DNA from: Bugula neritina
Taxonomy: Eukaryota > Animalia > Bryozoa
Reading direction: 5' to 3'
Assembly (NCBI GenBank): GCA_964035545.1
Contig: OZ037766.1
Coordinates: forward strand, 12,948,722 to 13,012,721
Length of the DNA stretch: 64,000 bases
Position 1 is the stretch's first letter. Each line of letters opens with the position of its first letter. The notes beneath the pieces were generated by a model. The model was given only the letters and a program-made list of their open reading frames with translations. It did not search any database and was not told where the DNA came from. A program made the position numbers and the translations under genes. This document shows positions 25,293 through 40,600 of this stretch, one piece after another.

Positions 25293-28200
25293 TTAGAAAG
25301 GAAATCTCCATCTAAGAACAGCTCCATCAGCGCTCACACTTATGATATGTTTAGCTTGAGGGCATATCTTCACACGGTTTATGTCACCACTATGTCCCAT
25401 GCCAACGTGAGTTACCTCCCCCTCATCGTACTTCCACACCTATCATCATCATGTATAAACATAGTTATTTATGAATAAGGCACAGGAAATTATGATTCTA
25501 CTTAGGCAAAACGTTATAAAGAGATATACATATGAATATTATTATTATTTCCACATAATAATGGTATTATAGTAGTAAAATTAAATAATTTTTTGAATTG
25601 AGTTAAAGAAAAGCTGGCTGCAGTAGTATTTTGTAAATATGGTAGGTTTTAATGCACTATTTAAAAACGTATGACAGACAAAAGCATTGTTGTGAACGAC
25701 ATGATAATTGAATAAAATCAAGCTTTTTGTAAAATCAGTTAAAAACAAAATATAAACTTGTTAATAAAGTTTCAAAACATACATGCAGCGCCAAAAGCTG
25801 TCAATAGCAAACATAACACTACAACATTTAAATAGTAAAGCAAGAGTAAACATGAAATATTGAAGAGATACCTTGACCAGCTTGTCATTCCCTCCAGTCA
25901 CAAAGTAAGTTCCGTCAGCAGTTATATCAAGACCGTTGACAGACCCAGCTTTAGATCCTTCCAGCTCTCTGATGAGGGACCCGTCAAAGTTCTCCCAATA
26001 ACCAATCTTTCGATCAGTTCCACTGGTGATAACTTGACACTCATTTGGATGGTAGGCAATTGTCTTGAACAAGGTATTAGCAAACATGATTTGGTTTCTT
26101 ACAAATCGGCTAAAAAAGAGAAGAGAAATTTCTTTATACTTTCAAGCTGCATGAACTATATAATATGTTAGACTTGCATCAACAAGTTGCAGGATGAAAA
26201 TTTTACTTAAAATAGTTATAATATAATTTATGGATCAGGTTTTGATATGCTTTTTTGTTATCAATGAAAAATATTAAAAATGATATGTCAACTTTATGTT
26301 GATAGAATACGATAAATTTTATTAGGGCAATGCATATACATGCAGTACTATTATTTACAATATAAAAAACATGTTTTTTCAAGTAATGAGTAGCTATTCA
26401 TCTTATTTTCTCCAGTCATTTGAAAGCCACAAATATACATCTAATTTGTCTGCAAATTCCAGCTGAACAGCCATGACTGCCAAATGTACTTGTAATAAGA
26501 AATTAGACTATGTAATATATGTGGTCAAGTAGGACAGATAAAGTTTGAAGGAAAACTTTAATTGTCAATTGAATATCAAGTGAAACTTTATGATGGATTG
26601 AACTAATAAAATAATATATAAATAGAAGTATATAAAATCTATAGTAAAAACTCATAACATGTACTGAAAACAATCTAATATATTGATAAGTTCTGTTCTA
26701 CAAAAACATGACTGTGCTGAAAGTGAGAAAATTATTAGCATTTCTACTATCTAATTAACAGCAGACAAAAGTACTATTACTTGTAGTTTTCTGCCCCTAC
26801 CTGACCATGAGTGTTCTAAGAAAATTTTATTTCATAGAAGATAAATCATATAATTAAAATTTGTGATTAAAACAAACTATTTTGTTATAAAATATACAAT
26901 ATTATATTTTGTCGTACGTATGTACATATTTACAGCATCTGCCTATTTCCAAAACTACGGCTGATTTGTAACGTTATGAAGTGCCATAATAAGGGATGTA
27001 TCAACATTTTTTGCAATTCACACAAGTACACGTATTGGTCGTTTAAGGAGCTATAGTAATAGGATCAATGAAACATGGTTCATTCAGATGTCAAATGAAA
27101 ATCACAGTACATTATATTGATATTGGAAATAAGACTATCAACTATTTTTGAACAATTTGTGCACTTTGGCTATTGCTGTAAATTTACAGCGTTAAAATTT
27201 TCTCCAATTAAAACTTTTTTGCTGATAATAAATTAAATCAATTACAATAGTTAAAAACTCACTTGAGATCCCAAATAATGCAAGTACCGTCTGTGCTAGC
27301 TGAGACACATTCGGAGTCGTTCTTCCTTATTCTGATGCAAGTGACGGAGCCTTTATGTTCCTTTAGTGCCTCAACTAACCGAGTTGTAATACGTGCACCT
27401 TTCATTGTGTACCCTTCACTTATCTCCCATATCCTAACCTAAGATTTTAAGAGATTGAATCAAGTTCAATATTGAACTAAGTGTGTGCAATTTCTGCATA
27501 AGATATAATATATTAATTATTATATATAATATATGAATAATATAGTACATACCTGGCCTTCGCCACCTCCACTGATGATGTGTCTGCAATCAGAAGTCAA
27601 AGCAAGAGCAGTAACTCCTTTATTATGAGCGTTCTCAATTGTGTACATCACTCTTCCAGATTCAGGATAAAATGTTCTGATTTTCCCATCATCCCATGCT
27701 ATAATATTACATATAAACAATTTAATTACTTACATATATGTTTGTTCTAACTAAAAGCTGCATAAAATGGTAGCCGGCTTATGTTCTCAAAAATCTAACT
27801 ATAATACTCGAAGCATTATATAAATACAGAAATAGGTTTTAAAGATACAGGATAAAATATTTAAATCAAAAAATTTCTCACCGGACACGATGCTGTGTCC
27901 ATCGCGAGCACACTCGACTGCGTTGCAAGTCATATTAGGAACTGTGATTCTAAGAAGCTCTTTGTTAGACTCCAAGTGCCATACTCTGATATCTTGATAG
28001 CAGCAAGTTACAAACAGATCAGATCTGCCACTGAAATTGCAGAAGGATTAAATTTTACTGATTTGAACAGCATATGCATTCACATATATATGATCTCCAA
28101 AACATACACATTCAGTAACACTTACACAATTATAGCAACATTTAATATTGTATATTATGTCATTGTTACTTGCCAAACTCCATTTTAAGCCAAAGTTTAA

Positions 28201-30722
28201 AAACAGCAACTGTTAAAAAGATATGACATTTATATGCAGTATTTATAGTACATGGTTTAATTAGCCACTAGATAAAACTTACAAGGCAAATGAAACATCA
28301 TTTACTGCAGAGTAGTGACAAGTGTTGATCAGTTCATGAGTGAACTCAGTCAGATTGAATTTGTAGATGTGTGATTTTCCTGTTCCAGCAAAGAACTGGT
28401 GTCCTTGACCTCGCAAGGCAAGTGATGTGACAGGTCCGTCAAGTTTCTGCATTCTCCTATTAACATTTATACATAGTAAATCATATTTTTTAGACTACGT
28501 TACAAATAAATGCTGGATTAGTAATGCTATCAGTTTAGGTTTCCTAATTATCTATACACTGAAAACATTGCTTCTAAATATTTTATCAACTCACTCATAT
28601 GATTATTTTTAAAAGTTTTCAAATTTTATGCTATTTGAACTTTTTTAATTTTAAATGTTTTGCAAATTATTTGAATTTAAAGTCAATTTAAAAATAGTTA
28701 ATGCATACTTTCAATAGATGTTTGAAGTTTGCAGCACACATTGCAGATATTGTATAGAAACATGGTGTCTATGCTGAGATTTGATATTAAATAATAAAAT
28801 AAACATACTTTGTTCGTTTAAACTTTTGGTCCAAAGTTCCACATACACTAACAGTGCCATCACCTGCACCACAGATAACTTCTCCGGTTTTCAGAATAGC
28901 TAATGAGGAAATACCTTGACTAAATAGTTCTTTAGCTGGACCAACATGCTACAACACAGAAAACTTTATAGACATCAAGTTTATATATTACATTCTAAGC
29001 ATCTAATTATATATATACAAACACGCACGCACACACGCACACACATATATATACCTGAAAGAGTCTGGTTTGTGTGTTAATAGCAATAATGTCTCCTGTA
29101 GTTGTTCCACAATAGAAGAACTTGTCATCATCCAACATTTCGATGCATTTTACAACTCTTTTGACTTGACCCATGTTGACGTCAGTTGGTCTTATTTTTC
29201 TATTTTCTACATCTAGCTCCCAGACTCTCAGAGTATGGCTAATAAAAAGACAGTAGAATTTACATGCAATAATTTGCTACTTACAAATAAGAGTTCAATA
29301 AAAAACGAATCAAAGCAGCATGTAAAATAATTGAAACTCACTTTCCGCCAGTTACAAACAGAAACTCATCATTATTAGCATAGGCTACACAATGCGTCAC
29401 TCCAGCACTTTCAACTTGAGCTGGTGAACCACAAATAGCCTCTTTTCGTGCAACATTCCATACTACAACAGCTCCATCGTCTTGACCACCCAGTGAAACT
29501 AGAAATGCATCATTTGGGGAAAACACTAAGGCTTCGACTTTTACTTTGTGCAGAACTAATCTTGCATGGAGAGATCTAGTTTCAAAATCCCAAATGATGA
29601 CATCTGCCTGCAAAATAAAGTATTCCACAAACTTTTGAAATACATAGAAAGATATAAAATCTAACTATTCAAAGATTGAACAATTTAAAAAACATCTTTT
29701 GTGTTTACTGTATTAGGTACCTCATAAAAATCAAGTCTATACTGGCTAACAAATTCAGTCAAAATTATTCAATTGAAAGTAACATGTTTACTACAACATA
29801 AAATCAGAACTATAATTTTAGCTTCGATTATACGTAAGTTCAAACCAAACCACAAGATAACATATATTAAAGGTAAAAGTATCAGCTTTTAAAACATGCT
29901 TATAGTTCTATTACCTAAATAAAATATCACATTTACTTTTGTAGAACCATGCAGACATGTTATTATTTCTAAAAAAACAATTACATTAGACACTAAACTA
30001 TTACCTTAAATCCCATGTAGGTCAACTGTCCTGATGCAATGTATCTTCCACTTTTAGATATAGTGATGCATGTGACATCATTAGTGTGACCTGTTAGAAA
30101 CTCTTGTTTTCCTGACTGAATGTCTTCTATGACAACCGTACACCCAAGAGCATATACCAAATGCTGTCTATCTGGATGCACTTTCAAACCGCCTGGGATA
30201 CGTCCTAGCAAATCCATAGTAAATTTTATTATACATATTTGGTAAAACTAAAATTTATAACAGGAATTGCTTATTTTTGTATCAATATCAATGTGTAAAA
30301 TAAACCTAAAATTATAAAAAAATATGCTTATTTATTGTCAAAATTTCAATTGTGTATGTAATATTAATAGTTTTCTATAACAATGTACAAAAAAACTAGT
30401 TATCAACTTTTGATTTGGTTTTTCTAAGCAAAATTACAAAAGTTAAAGAAATATCCATGTACATTTTTGACAAATGAAAATAGTACCAATAGTAGCAATA
30501 GTGGTTCTATCAAATTTAATAGCAATAATATATATAAAACACTAATTATCATTAGTAATCATTAAATGTAATGAGTGAGTTAATCGATATGATGAATCTT
30601 TAATGATATTCAAAATGATTAGTTAGTATTCGTTACAAAAGTAATTATTTACCTTCAAATCCAATAGTTGCTTCAAGTTCTAATTGAGGAACACCTATAG
30701 GGTTTTCTGGGTTTCCAGCCAT
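25293..30722 (-). CDS. CFAP52: Cilia- and flagella-associated protein 52 (WDR16), WD40 repeat protein, ~629 aa
   Basis: 11 exons: 30722-30653, 30204-30005, 29607-29342, 29238-29055, 28948-28809, 28456-28283, 28030-27882, 27698-27553, 27438-27263, 26109-25872, 25439-25293 (1890 nt). Motifs LELEATIGFEGRIPGGLKVHPD, YIASGQLTYMGFKAD, LVSLGGQDDG, VITSGTDRKIGYWE, SVSADGAVLRWRFP. Confidence 0.95.
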
Positions 30723-30815
30723 AGTTGATAATTCTTGTTGCAATCGACAACTTTTAAAACGGAGCAACTGCAATTCAACAACAGTCTTGATCACAGAAGA
30801 AAGCTAGTGTCTACT

Positions 30816-30874
30816 GTTGCTGGAGATATATTGCCTAGCAACGTGGGTCGGAATAATACGAGGTTTGTGATTGG
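30816..30874. promoter_or_regulatory. RFX X-box(es) plus CCAAT box in the CFAP52 / ZMYND15-like divergent promoter
   Basis: ATTGCCTAGCAAC at 30830-30842 (reverse GTTGCTAGGCAAT). Second X-box-like GTTGCTGGAGATA at 30816-30828. ATTGG at 30870-30874. About 110 nt upstream of the CFAP52 ATG. Confidence 0.7.
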
Positions 30875-31139
30875 CTAAAACAACTCTTTACTGCAAAAGA
30901 CGCAAAATAATGGCTGCATTTCCTCTTTAATTTTCTTCACTTTCTTTTCTTTACTCAAATAGGATTAATATTATGATTGTCTAATGCTAATAATTAGATT
31001 AATATTAATAATTATGTAACCTACTAATTACAGTATTATAATAATATATTATTATAATTATGTTGATATTAAATATTAATGAGTTTTTAGCGTAGAGATG
31101 TTAAACTTTAGTGTTACTTTTAGTAACCTTTCGTTGGTT

Positions 31140-31630
31140 TTGATGCTTGAGTTAGACTTACTCTTACTCTTACTCTTAGTCAGTTCCACTTACTGTTACA
31201 CTTACAGTTACACTTAACGTTACTGTGTTAACGTTACTGTTGAGTGGTGGTACTATTAGTTGTCAGTTGGTTACTTAAACTTAGCCCTAAGGCTTAAGCT
31301 AAGCAATGAAGCATTATTATTAGTATTACTATTAGTTATTCACCTATACTTATACTTATAGTCATAGTGATAGAAAGTCTTACTAATACTAATACTAATA
31401 CTAATACTAATACTAATAGTAATAGTAATACTAATAGTAATAGTAATACTATCATTATGACTATAAGTAGATGACTATTAGTATTACTATTAGACATTAG
31501 TACTATCAGTAACAAACTTGGTATGACTATGAGTATTGCAATAATATTTAATCCAAATTTTACGGTCCCAAAATGAAAAAATGACTCATACTCATAGTGA
31601 TAGTCATAGTCATTGAGGTTGACTGACAAA
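31140..31630. repeat. TA-periodic low-complexity tract (TACTAA/TAGTAA/NNTTAC)
   Basis: tactaa x6, tagtaa runs, and acttac/agttac/tgttac hexamers. Confidence 0.85.
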
Positions 31631-32502
31631 TGGCAGAGTTAGTTTTACTGTTTTAGTAACACTAACTGTAAGGCTAAAAGCAAATTGCTTAGTTGCTAAC
31701 TCTAATTGTAACATCGAAAGTAGAACTTTCAGTATTAGAGGATGATGTTAATTTTTATATTTCATTTGTATATTAAAATATAATGATATAGAAATTAATT
31801 AATTCACTATAAATGAACTTTACAAATGTAGCCAAGCTTGATGGCTCATCAAAAACAAGTCACAGTTTAAACAAAGCAAATGCAAAGTCAAGTCAATGCT
31901 TTTTAGTCAATTTGTAATTGCAATTTTGGCATGCAAGGCTTTTTTCAAGCCAATGCGAATATATTATTATACTTCATTACTAAACTAGTCATTAGTAAAG
32001 TATATATAAGTCTTTATGTACAAATATTACAAATATTTCTTTATTTGATGCATGAGTGTTTACCAAGTTTTTGTATGAGTTTGACTAATCATATCAGTAT
32101 ATTAATATTTTTTTCTTTTTGTTTTGCAAAGTTGTATTTACCTTTAGTATGTTATTCTTTGAGTTTTTCTTTTTTCTAGGTTTTTGTTATGCTTTTGGAA
32201 CTTAGTGATTCAGTAATTAAAATTATTTATGACAATCAGTCATCATTTAATGGATATAAAATGTTTTATATTCTTTTTTTTATAAATCAAAAGTAATTTT
32301 TAGATGTGGTGTCTTGAAAGAAGTAATCACTGTTTTTTATAATAATTTGGAGGAGACATGATTCCCACTTTTATTGTTTGAATGCATCAAATTGATTGCT
32401 AGCAGCTCGCAGCTCTTTACTATTTACATTTAACAAGTTTATTTATTCTCCTTTGTTTTTTGCTGTTGCAGGTGTGTATAAAATTTACTGCTTGAAAACA
32501 GC

Positions 32503-35500
32503 ATGGACAACAGACAAAACAAAGCTTCTGCTAATCAACATGTTACAGTGGCTTTGCAGAGTATAAATGATTTGGTTGACAATGTGACAACATCTCAGAC
32601 TATGTTAAATATGTGCTATAATATTTTATTTGATGACACAATACTATCCAATTTGCCTGTTGATTCAGTTCCATGGGAAATTAAATCTCGTACTAATAAT
32701 AATCGGGTGACGACTGTTAGAGACCATCGGGGAATTTTGTTGGCAAAGAAAAAATCTAATCATTTAGATACTGATGTATCGGATACTTTGTATAAAGAAA
32801 TAGTAAAGAAGCTCAGTCTGAACTCACTGGAGACTCACGTTGCAGAATTATTGGAATGTATATATGTTATTGGAGTTGCCTGTCTATATCCTGCAGATGG
32901 TGTGCAGCGTTGTCCTGTTGCGTTAGTGGATAAAAGGCGTATTCTCTCACAAATAACCCCATCTGTTGTTTTTCCATTTTTGATTATTGATGCAAAACCA
33001 GTTTGTAATTGTCTACTCTTATCAACTAGGAATTCCTTTAAAGTGTGCCATTTTTGTGGATATTTATGCGGTATTTCACATTGTAAAACTTGCAGCCACT
33101 GTCTTGCAGTGTCTTACTGCTCTCTCACCTGTCTGGACAATGACAAATGTCATAGGCAGCTGTGTTTAAACTCTAAAGTTATGGCCTTCATCAAGCTTAA
33201 AGAACCACTTGCAGATTTCCCATTCACTTTTGCAGAGGTTAGAAAATAGTTGATAGATTATACTAGTGATTGTTTGAACTTTTAAAGTGATTTTGATTGC
33301 CTCAAAACTTGATTTCAATGATATTCTAATAATGAGCCTTTGTGATGTTACAGAGTAGAGTTATCAGCGCCTGCAGCGTGTAGCACAAAAAACATCTACA
33401 AAACAGTTTTTTTTAAATGTACTACTTAATGACCTCAGTTTAGTAAATGATGAAAAAGTGGCATAAAGATCATTTTGTTTTTGTAAAAATATCAGAGTTG
33501 AGTCTAAATGGCGTCGACTTGAGTATTTCATATTCTTCAAATAGATTTTCTAAAATTATTGAATTGACTTGCTCAATTTAGGGCTCAAGTAGACTCAAAA
33601 GTTTTTCGAACTAAGTCTTATAATTTCTTTTCTAATGGTCAAATTACTAAGTTACCTAATTTAGTTTCAGCACATTGAAGCATTGTGATAATTACAACTT
33701 GATATTATTGTAATAAAAAACTTCAACTATCAACTTCATTTTCAATGTGTTGGGAAATGTTGTGGTCAACCATTTTGACTTTAGTTATTTGTAATTGTAT
33801 TATGTATTGAGTATATCTCGGTATTTTTTTCTTAATATTTAAACCTCCATCTACAAAATTTACTTTTATGTAAGCCGCTTAATGCATCCGACTAGCTACC
33901 AACCATATGTAACCTTTGAAAATATACTGTAGATTTTAGCTTGATCAAGTATATTCAAATTGACTTAGATGACTAACTAGACTTGAAATGTTTTGTCTGT
34001 ACTTGACTTCGTTAGCACTGAAAATATTCTTTTCTCTTACATACAACAATTGTAAACTAGTTATTGCTGTCAATGTGCAATTTGTCTGCCGTTTATATAG
34101 GACCATAATGGTTGTAGGCAACCACTGCTGATACCTTTAATAGTCATCAGTTGACAGAGTTTTTAAAGAGGGAAGGCATTTACAGACATGGGCTTTGGCG
34201 CAGGGAAGGGCTGGACTGTCCAGTTTGCTCTGAAGCTGTGCCTTATGGTGACTTGATGGTGCAACCTGATCCATATGTTCTCCCAATAGAAAGGTAAAAC
34301 GATGTTAGCAAAGTTTTGCCACACATAGGAAATTTTTCAGTTTGAAACTATGTAAAGTAGGCTTGTGGCAGGTGTGACTGTCACACGCAACAATATATTT
34401 AATGCTGTTTATTGCAGTTTTAATCAATTTCAACTAATTTTATGTCCAGTTAGATTTATTGCTGATCTAAATCACGTCAATATAATGGCACTGTACTTTT
34501 AAATAATCTCATTGATTTTAGTTTGATATTTTAATGGGTAGTACTAATCTTTCTTTTTCTCTTTTATTATGGAATAATTATTAATTATAAATATATGTTA
34601 TGCTATATTGATTATACATATTTGTATTATGTATTATGAATGCAAATTGAGAAACAGGAAACATTTTATAAGTGGTTAAAACTACCGAGATTGTTCTTGG
34701 CAAGAAATTTCTACCAAACTCACTCAATATTTTTACTGCATGGAATGCAGCTCTGCTTTGTTTTATTATTTTTTGTGCGAAACTATCCTCAGTGTAGCAG
34801 GGCTTGGAAGAATAACTTTCATTATTCTATACCGAAAATATATTTACATTTATAAAAATTGTGACATTTACAATTATATCTGCTTTAGTATGGTTCTAGA
34901 AAATTCCAATATACCTGCTCCTCTTGAGGCACTCAAATCATGGAAGGAGTACTATGAGTGGAGAGGTTTTCACCTATCTTCTCCCATTGCAATGCTAATG
35001 CACCACGTCCTAACCATTTATCACATTATACAGGTGAGTGTAGCTCCTAACATTAGCTATAAAATTCAGAACTAAAAGAATTTCCATAAACAACTTCGAT
35101 AGATTTCTTTTTACAAAATGCATTTAGCTCTATATTTATAATTAAAGTTTTAGCTGAACTATTATTTGTAACTCTAGCTTTGTTATGTAACACCTATGGT
35201 GTAGTATTGAGTACATGTTTATGATAAGTGAACACGAATACTACGCACTAATAATAAACTTCTAAGTAATGTTAATTACCACCTTGGGTGCTACCTTTAT
35301 ATTTAAAAAATTCTACTACTTATGGGTCAAAAGCTTACATTATTTTGTTAAAGCACTTAACTACACTATAAGTAGCTTGGATTTATTTTATATTTGATTA
35401 AATTATTCTATTCTGTATTTTAAATAAAATTTTCATTTGCAAAAAATGTAAATAATTACGATGAAATTTATAAGAATGTAATTTTCATTTCAGATATCAG

Positions 35501-36033
35501 GGTTGGCAAATAGACATTCTCTAGATATTATATTAGCTGGAGCAGACAAAGAAGTAGATTTGGCTGTTGTATATTCGGAGTTGTGTATCCTTTTGCCTCA
35601 AACGACTCTCTCTGTAATACTGGTGGGTCCATTGATCTCTGAGAAGTTGCCACGCACAGTATTCATCAGGAATAATCTAGAGATCAAGATGTATGCGGGA
35701 ATGCTGCAGCACTACCTCTCTGAACAAATAGATGATTGCTCATTTGACGTTGTGATATGCTTAAATGCTGGTCTATCTGCATATTCTTCATGGAGAGAGG
35801 GACTTGTAGAAGTCATTGAAAAGAATATTCCATGTTATGTCACTGATTATTGTCTACTCAGCATAGAACTAAGCCAACAGGCTCTAGCGACACTTTCTTC
35901 TAATACTGAGCAATCCTCTGTCTTACTTAGTAAACCTTCTATTAACCCTTTCAGAGACCCAAAAAGAAAGCAATGTGATTCTGCTGTGTTCCCGTGGTAT
36001 AGTCATGCATTTATTAGCAAGTTAATTTATTAG
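32503..36033 (+). CDS. ZMYND15: Zinc finger MYND domain protein 15-like (ZMYND15/MSS51 family), ~531 aa
   Basis: Exons 32503-33237, 34118-34293, 34889-35033, 35494-36033 (1596 nt). MYND finger CHFC-x11-CSHC-x5-C-x3-C-x6-H-x3-C. Then LADFPFTFAEATTADTFN, SWKEYYEWRGFHLSSPIAMLM..LTIYHII, GADKE, NAGLSAYSSW, NPFRDP. Confidence 0.8.
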
Positions 36034-36378
36034 GGTGCTCTGTCATAGAAATAGCTTTTTTGCATTAAAAATAATTTCTACCTTTATATCATCTGTATTT
36101 TCAATCTATAATTGTCTTTTTTATTGACCGCACCATAGATTGCAATACGCAGATATCTATTATGTAGACTTGATTAGAACAATTTTGTTGGAAAATTTAA
36201 TAAAGTTCTATTAAATATCATAAGCTTTCTATTATTATGCAGAGTTGGTTATAAAATAATTTCGTTGGAAAGTGCAGTAAAGTTATAATAAATTCCATAT
36301 AATGTCTAAAATTGATCTTCATGATGATGACTATGCGGAGTGCAAACTAGACCAGAGTTATCTTCTTTCATACTGGAA

Positions 36379-36484
36379 CCAATCAGCATACGTTATTTTG
36401 AATGGCGTTGGTATTTACATATATTGACCAATAAAAATATATTTAACAACGGCTTAGCGTCATTAACTTCAAACAAGATGGCGG
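36379..36484 (+). promoter_or_regulatory. Putative CCP110 core promoter: two CCAAT boxes and a YY1-type motif
   Basis: CCAAT at 36379 and 36428, AAGATGGCGG at 36475-36484, followed by a GTGAGT donor at ~36566. Confidence 0.55.
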
Positions 36485-37695
36485 GATGTGTGATCATGCC
36501 TTTTAAATATCTCGCACTTGATAGATAGAATAGTGAACATTTTTGCTTTCTTGCTGCAAACTTTTGTGAGTATGGTTTATTGCTAACATGTTTTCTTAGT
36601 AAGTTATTTCAAATAAAAACGTATTTTGGTTGCATACAATCAAAGTGATAATGAGTGGGCATGATACTGAAACTGCCCGAAGTCCAAACTCAAACTGAAA
36701 CGCAAACTGGTCTTAGTCTAATCACAATGTAAAGCTGAATGTCAATATCAATATGAATTAGTTGAATTTGAAATCTTATATTATAATTATGTATTAATTT
36801 TCAACAATTTTAATAATTATATTATACATATTATTTTTGATTTAACATAATCATAATGATAATCAGTGATAATGATAATGGTGTCACTTCATTCGAAGTA
36901 ATACTTAACTTTTAGTTCTATTAATACGAATACTAATAGTAATAGTAATACTAATAGCATTATGAATTAAAATTGAAAGTTTCTGTGATAAAACAAAATC
37001 AAATTCACCAAGATATACCGTATAGTATGCTTAGTTGTGCAGGTCATTTTGAATTATGGACTACCATGTGAATGTCTACAGCAATTAATAACAACTTTAA
37101 AACTTATAATGGTTTTTAGTATTATAAATGTAATACTACAAATTGATGCTTTTCATTTCAATTATAACCTGCTTACCTTTAGTGTTTATTTGTTATTACC
37201 TTTTGTAGGTTTTAGTCAGTATCTAGTTGTAAATTGTATGCCTATAAGTTCTCAAATTCAGAACTTTTAAAAAGTGTTTAAGATGCTCTAATGTTATTGT
37301 CTACTCTCGTGAAAATTTATTTAATAAAAAGAACTGAGATTTTGCACATATAATGTTCTACATTTTTGTGCAGGGCTATACGGTCTATAAGCTTTTTATC
37401 AACATCATAAGAGTTATTTTGTTGTCTCCTTGTGTGAATGTAAAGTCTATTTTAGAGACAAATAGTTGTTGAGGGTTTAATGACATCCGATGTTTCAAAA
37501 TATAACTTGTGATATTGTCTAAAATGGATGCTAGTGTTATGCATATAGATGTTTGTTATTACAAATGTTATATATTATCTAAATTATTATTTTTATAACC
37601 AAAATTATTATTTTATTGTATGCTTTCAATGCGAAAAAAATTAAAATTATGACAATTTATTTCTCTTACAGATTAGAAGATTTTAATGTAGTTCT

Positions 37696-40600
37696 ATGCA
37701 AATTATGGAGAGCTTAAAAGAATGTGACGCAATGACTTGTCGGTTAGATCAAAAGGTTGAAGATTCTAAAACTCAATGGCAAGCATTTCTGACCTCACAG
37801 TTGAACTATAAATCAGCAATGAGCTGTGAAGGAAAGATTCTACCTCCACCTGTGGTAATAACTAGTAAAATGCATCATGCTATCAACATTGACATGTAAT
37901 GATTAAATTGTTTTATAAATTTTAGGCAACTCCTAAGGATATGATTTTGCTTTTATACAGTTGTTTACATAAAAACATAAATTATTTGCATTTATACACA
38001 GATAAAACAGTTTTATTCTATATTCATAGTAGCTTCATGAATATTCTAAAAATAGTTACAACCTCAGATTTCATGGTATGAAAGTTGTTAATCACTGATT
38101 ATTTAATCTTTCTCTCTAGATGACACTGGAAAAAAGGAGGAAGATGCAGTTGTATAGGAAACAGGCTTACATAGTAGAAGTGAGAATTAAATCTCGATCT
38201 CGAGATAAGGCTCTACTCAATTCAATACAAGGAGCTTTAGAACAAGCCAACGTGAGTCTAATGATAACAACTTTTTTAAATAATACTTCGCATCACAAAG
38301 ATCATTGCTTCCATTTCACACAAGTAAGAAATTGTATTCAAGTACAAAGTACGTATAGCATATTTTTAATAAAATTTTAAATATATTTAGATTGTGAAAA
38401 CTGACACAAGCGGATCATCAGATCATGTTGATTATGATGTGCAAAATTCAAGTCAAAGTTTCTCTTCTCATGCAGCTACCAATACTGAATCTTCAGGTAG
38501 ATATCAATATCATCTGTGACTACTAGCTTGTAACTGAATATTCTGTATTATTCTAATAGTTAAAACAAGTGTTTTATACTTGAAAATAGCAAATAATAAA
38601 GACAGATTTAATGGAATAACCACACAAGTTTTAATATAAACAAGACAGGCTTTGTAATGATAGAGTACTAAATGTTGAAACTAATGTATCTACCTACGTT
38701 GTATGAAACATGATACTTGGTCAAAGTTTCTTTTGAGGAATACGTAAATATGTTGTATTGCGCAAGAGCTATGGTAACATACCACTATGTTATATAACAA
38801 AGAAAATTTATATGAAATTGTGTAAATTAAGGAATAAAATAGCTTGTGATGGTTTTAGGTTTTGGATTAAATATTTTTTCTGCTAATAAATTTCGTTTTT
38901 CTGATTTTTGAATATAGTGTCTTTTGGCTGCGTAGTTTAATGAGGGTAATGTTTCAAGAACAAATATTTATCAAAACCTTTAAACCAAAATATTTAGTTA
39001 TTTACTTCCAAACTAGTCTCATTTCTAGGTTTTGTATCTTTTCCTCTAAAGCCCTAAAATGCTTATACATCTAGAATCTAGATATCTAGATGTATAAGCT
39101 ACTATTTACACTACATTTATGTATACATATTATATGTATACACAAGTATAAAATTTCAAGTTTTAGTATTTTATTGATGGTTTCATAGTTTTGTTAATAT
39201 GATGCTTAATTCACTGCAGTTGTTTTTGATCATTTGGGCCTTTTCTTTTCTCGTGTAATTTGTAAAGGCATCGGCTGCTGAGTAGAATCACCACCTTTAC
39301 TATGGTGAGAGCTATTCTGTTTAGTGTTTACTGATGTAACATCAATAATAGCAGCCGCCTAATGCTTCATTTATGCTGTGTTGATTTGAAGCGTGGCCTG
39401 TTGTGTTCAAGTGTCAACCTTTGTTGGCTGTCTATTGTTCAATTTTCTTAGGGTAGTATAGAAATGAAGTCGGATTTCAATGCCACTTCTCAAAAGTATT
39501 GGCTGAAAGCCATAAAATTTAATGCAATTGCATCAATCTTAAATAATTTTGAAAGAGAGAAATTGTATGGCTAATTGGCAGTTACTCAATTATTGTTTTT
39601 GTATATACCATTACATAACAACCGCTTGTTTTTATGTTATTGTTGCAGTTAAATGTAGTTTATATGGTTATTGCATTATGTTTAGAAATTCTGTTTGTAA
39701 TAGTGAATAGTATTTTAAACAAACAACTTTAGGAGTCTGCTGCTGCTGTCTGGTGAATATTGGAACAAATGTGAGATTAATCAATTGAGAATTCCCACTT
39801 ATCTTACCTATATACTCTGGCTGCATATAGAAACAGCTATTATATGAGATACTTGTTAATTTGGCAGGATATGGTATGATACTAATAGAATGGGCACATA
39901 ATTTGGTTTCCATGAATCTTAATAATAAATAAGAGCTCCCGGCTTTGATAATTCTTGTGCCCCGCTAGATGAAAACCTGTTAATTTAGAAATGTGGGATT
40001 TTGTTTGCAAAAATTTTCATAATATTTTGTTTGGATTTTAAAGCCGTTGTCTTATTAGTCAGGTAACTCCTCATGCTATAAAGTCTCTCCTATGCAGTTG
40101 AGCTAAAAATAGCAACTCTGCATCTCGCTGGTGCTAGCAGCCTTTTTGTTTAGCTTAGGTCACTAGCTATAATTTTAGTTTGTATCTATTTTCAATTTTT
40201 GATCGGATTTTTGCCATGCCATAATTATCTGATGAAAGCCAAAAGTCTCAGAGGTTTTATCTAATTTCTAATTATATTTTATGGAGTTGCAAACTACAAG
40301 CATAGATGAAAGTTAGCTTCATAATTGTTCATTTTTGTAGTTACTAGCTATCAAGAGATAGGGTTGACGAAAAATGAATCCAAGAAGAAAGAAAAGCCGG
40401 TGACCAATCCATCCAAGTTTGAAAAAATCCCTTTCAACACCAAAGATACTAAATTACAAGTAAACATCCTTGTTTCTTATCAAAAAGTTGTAATATAATC
40501 TCTGTTGTACTGAAAAGAGTGAGTCATTTGATCTCCAATTTTTTCTCCAGCAAAGTAAAGTACCACGGAGACGATATAACAGTGAAGGAAAGTCTGATTC

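Noticed and set aside
31336-31629. Hydrophobic 97-aa ORF (LLLLVLVLVLV), and the similar ORF at 50897-51124
   Set aside because: Translation artefacts of the TAN simple repeats.
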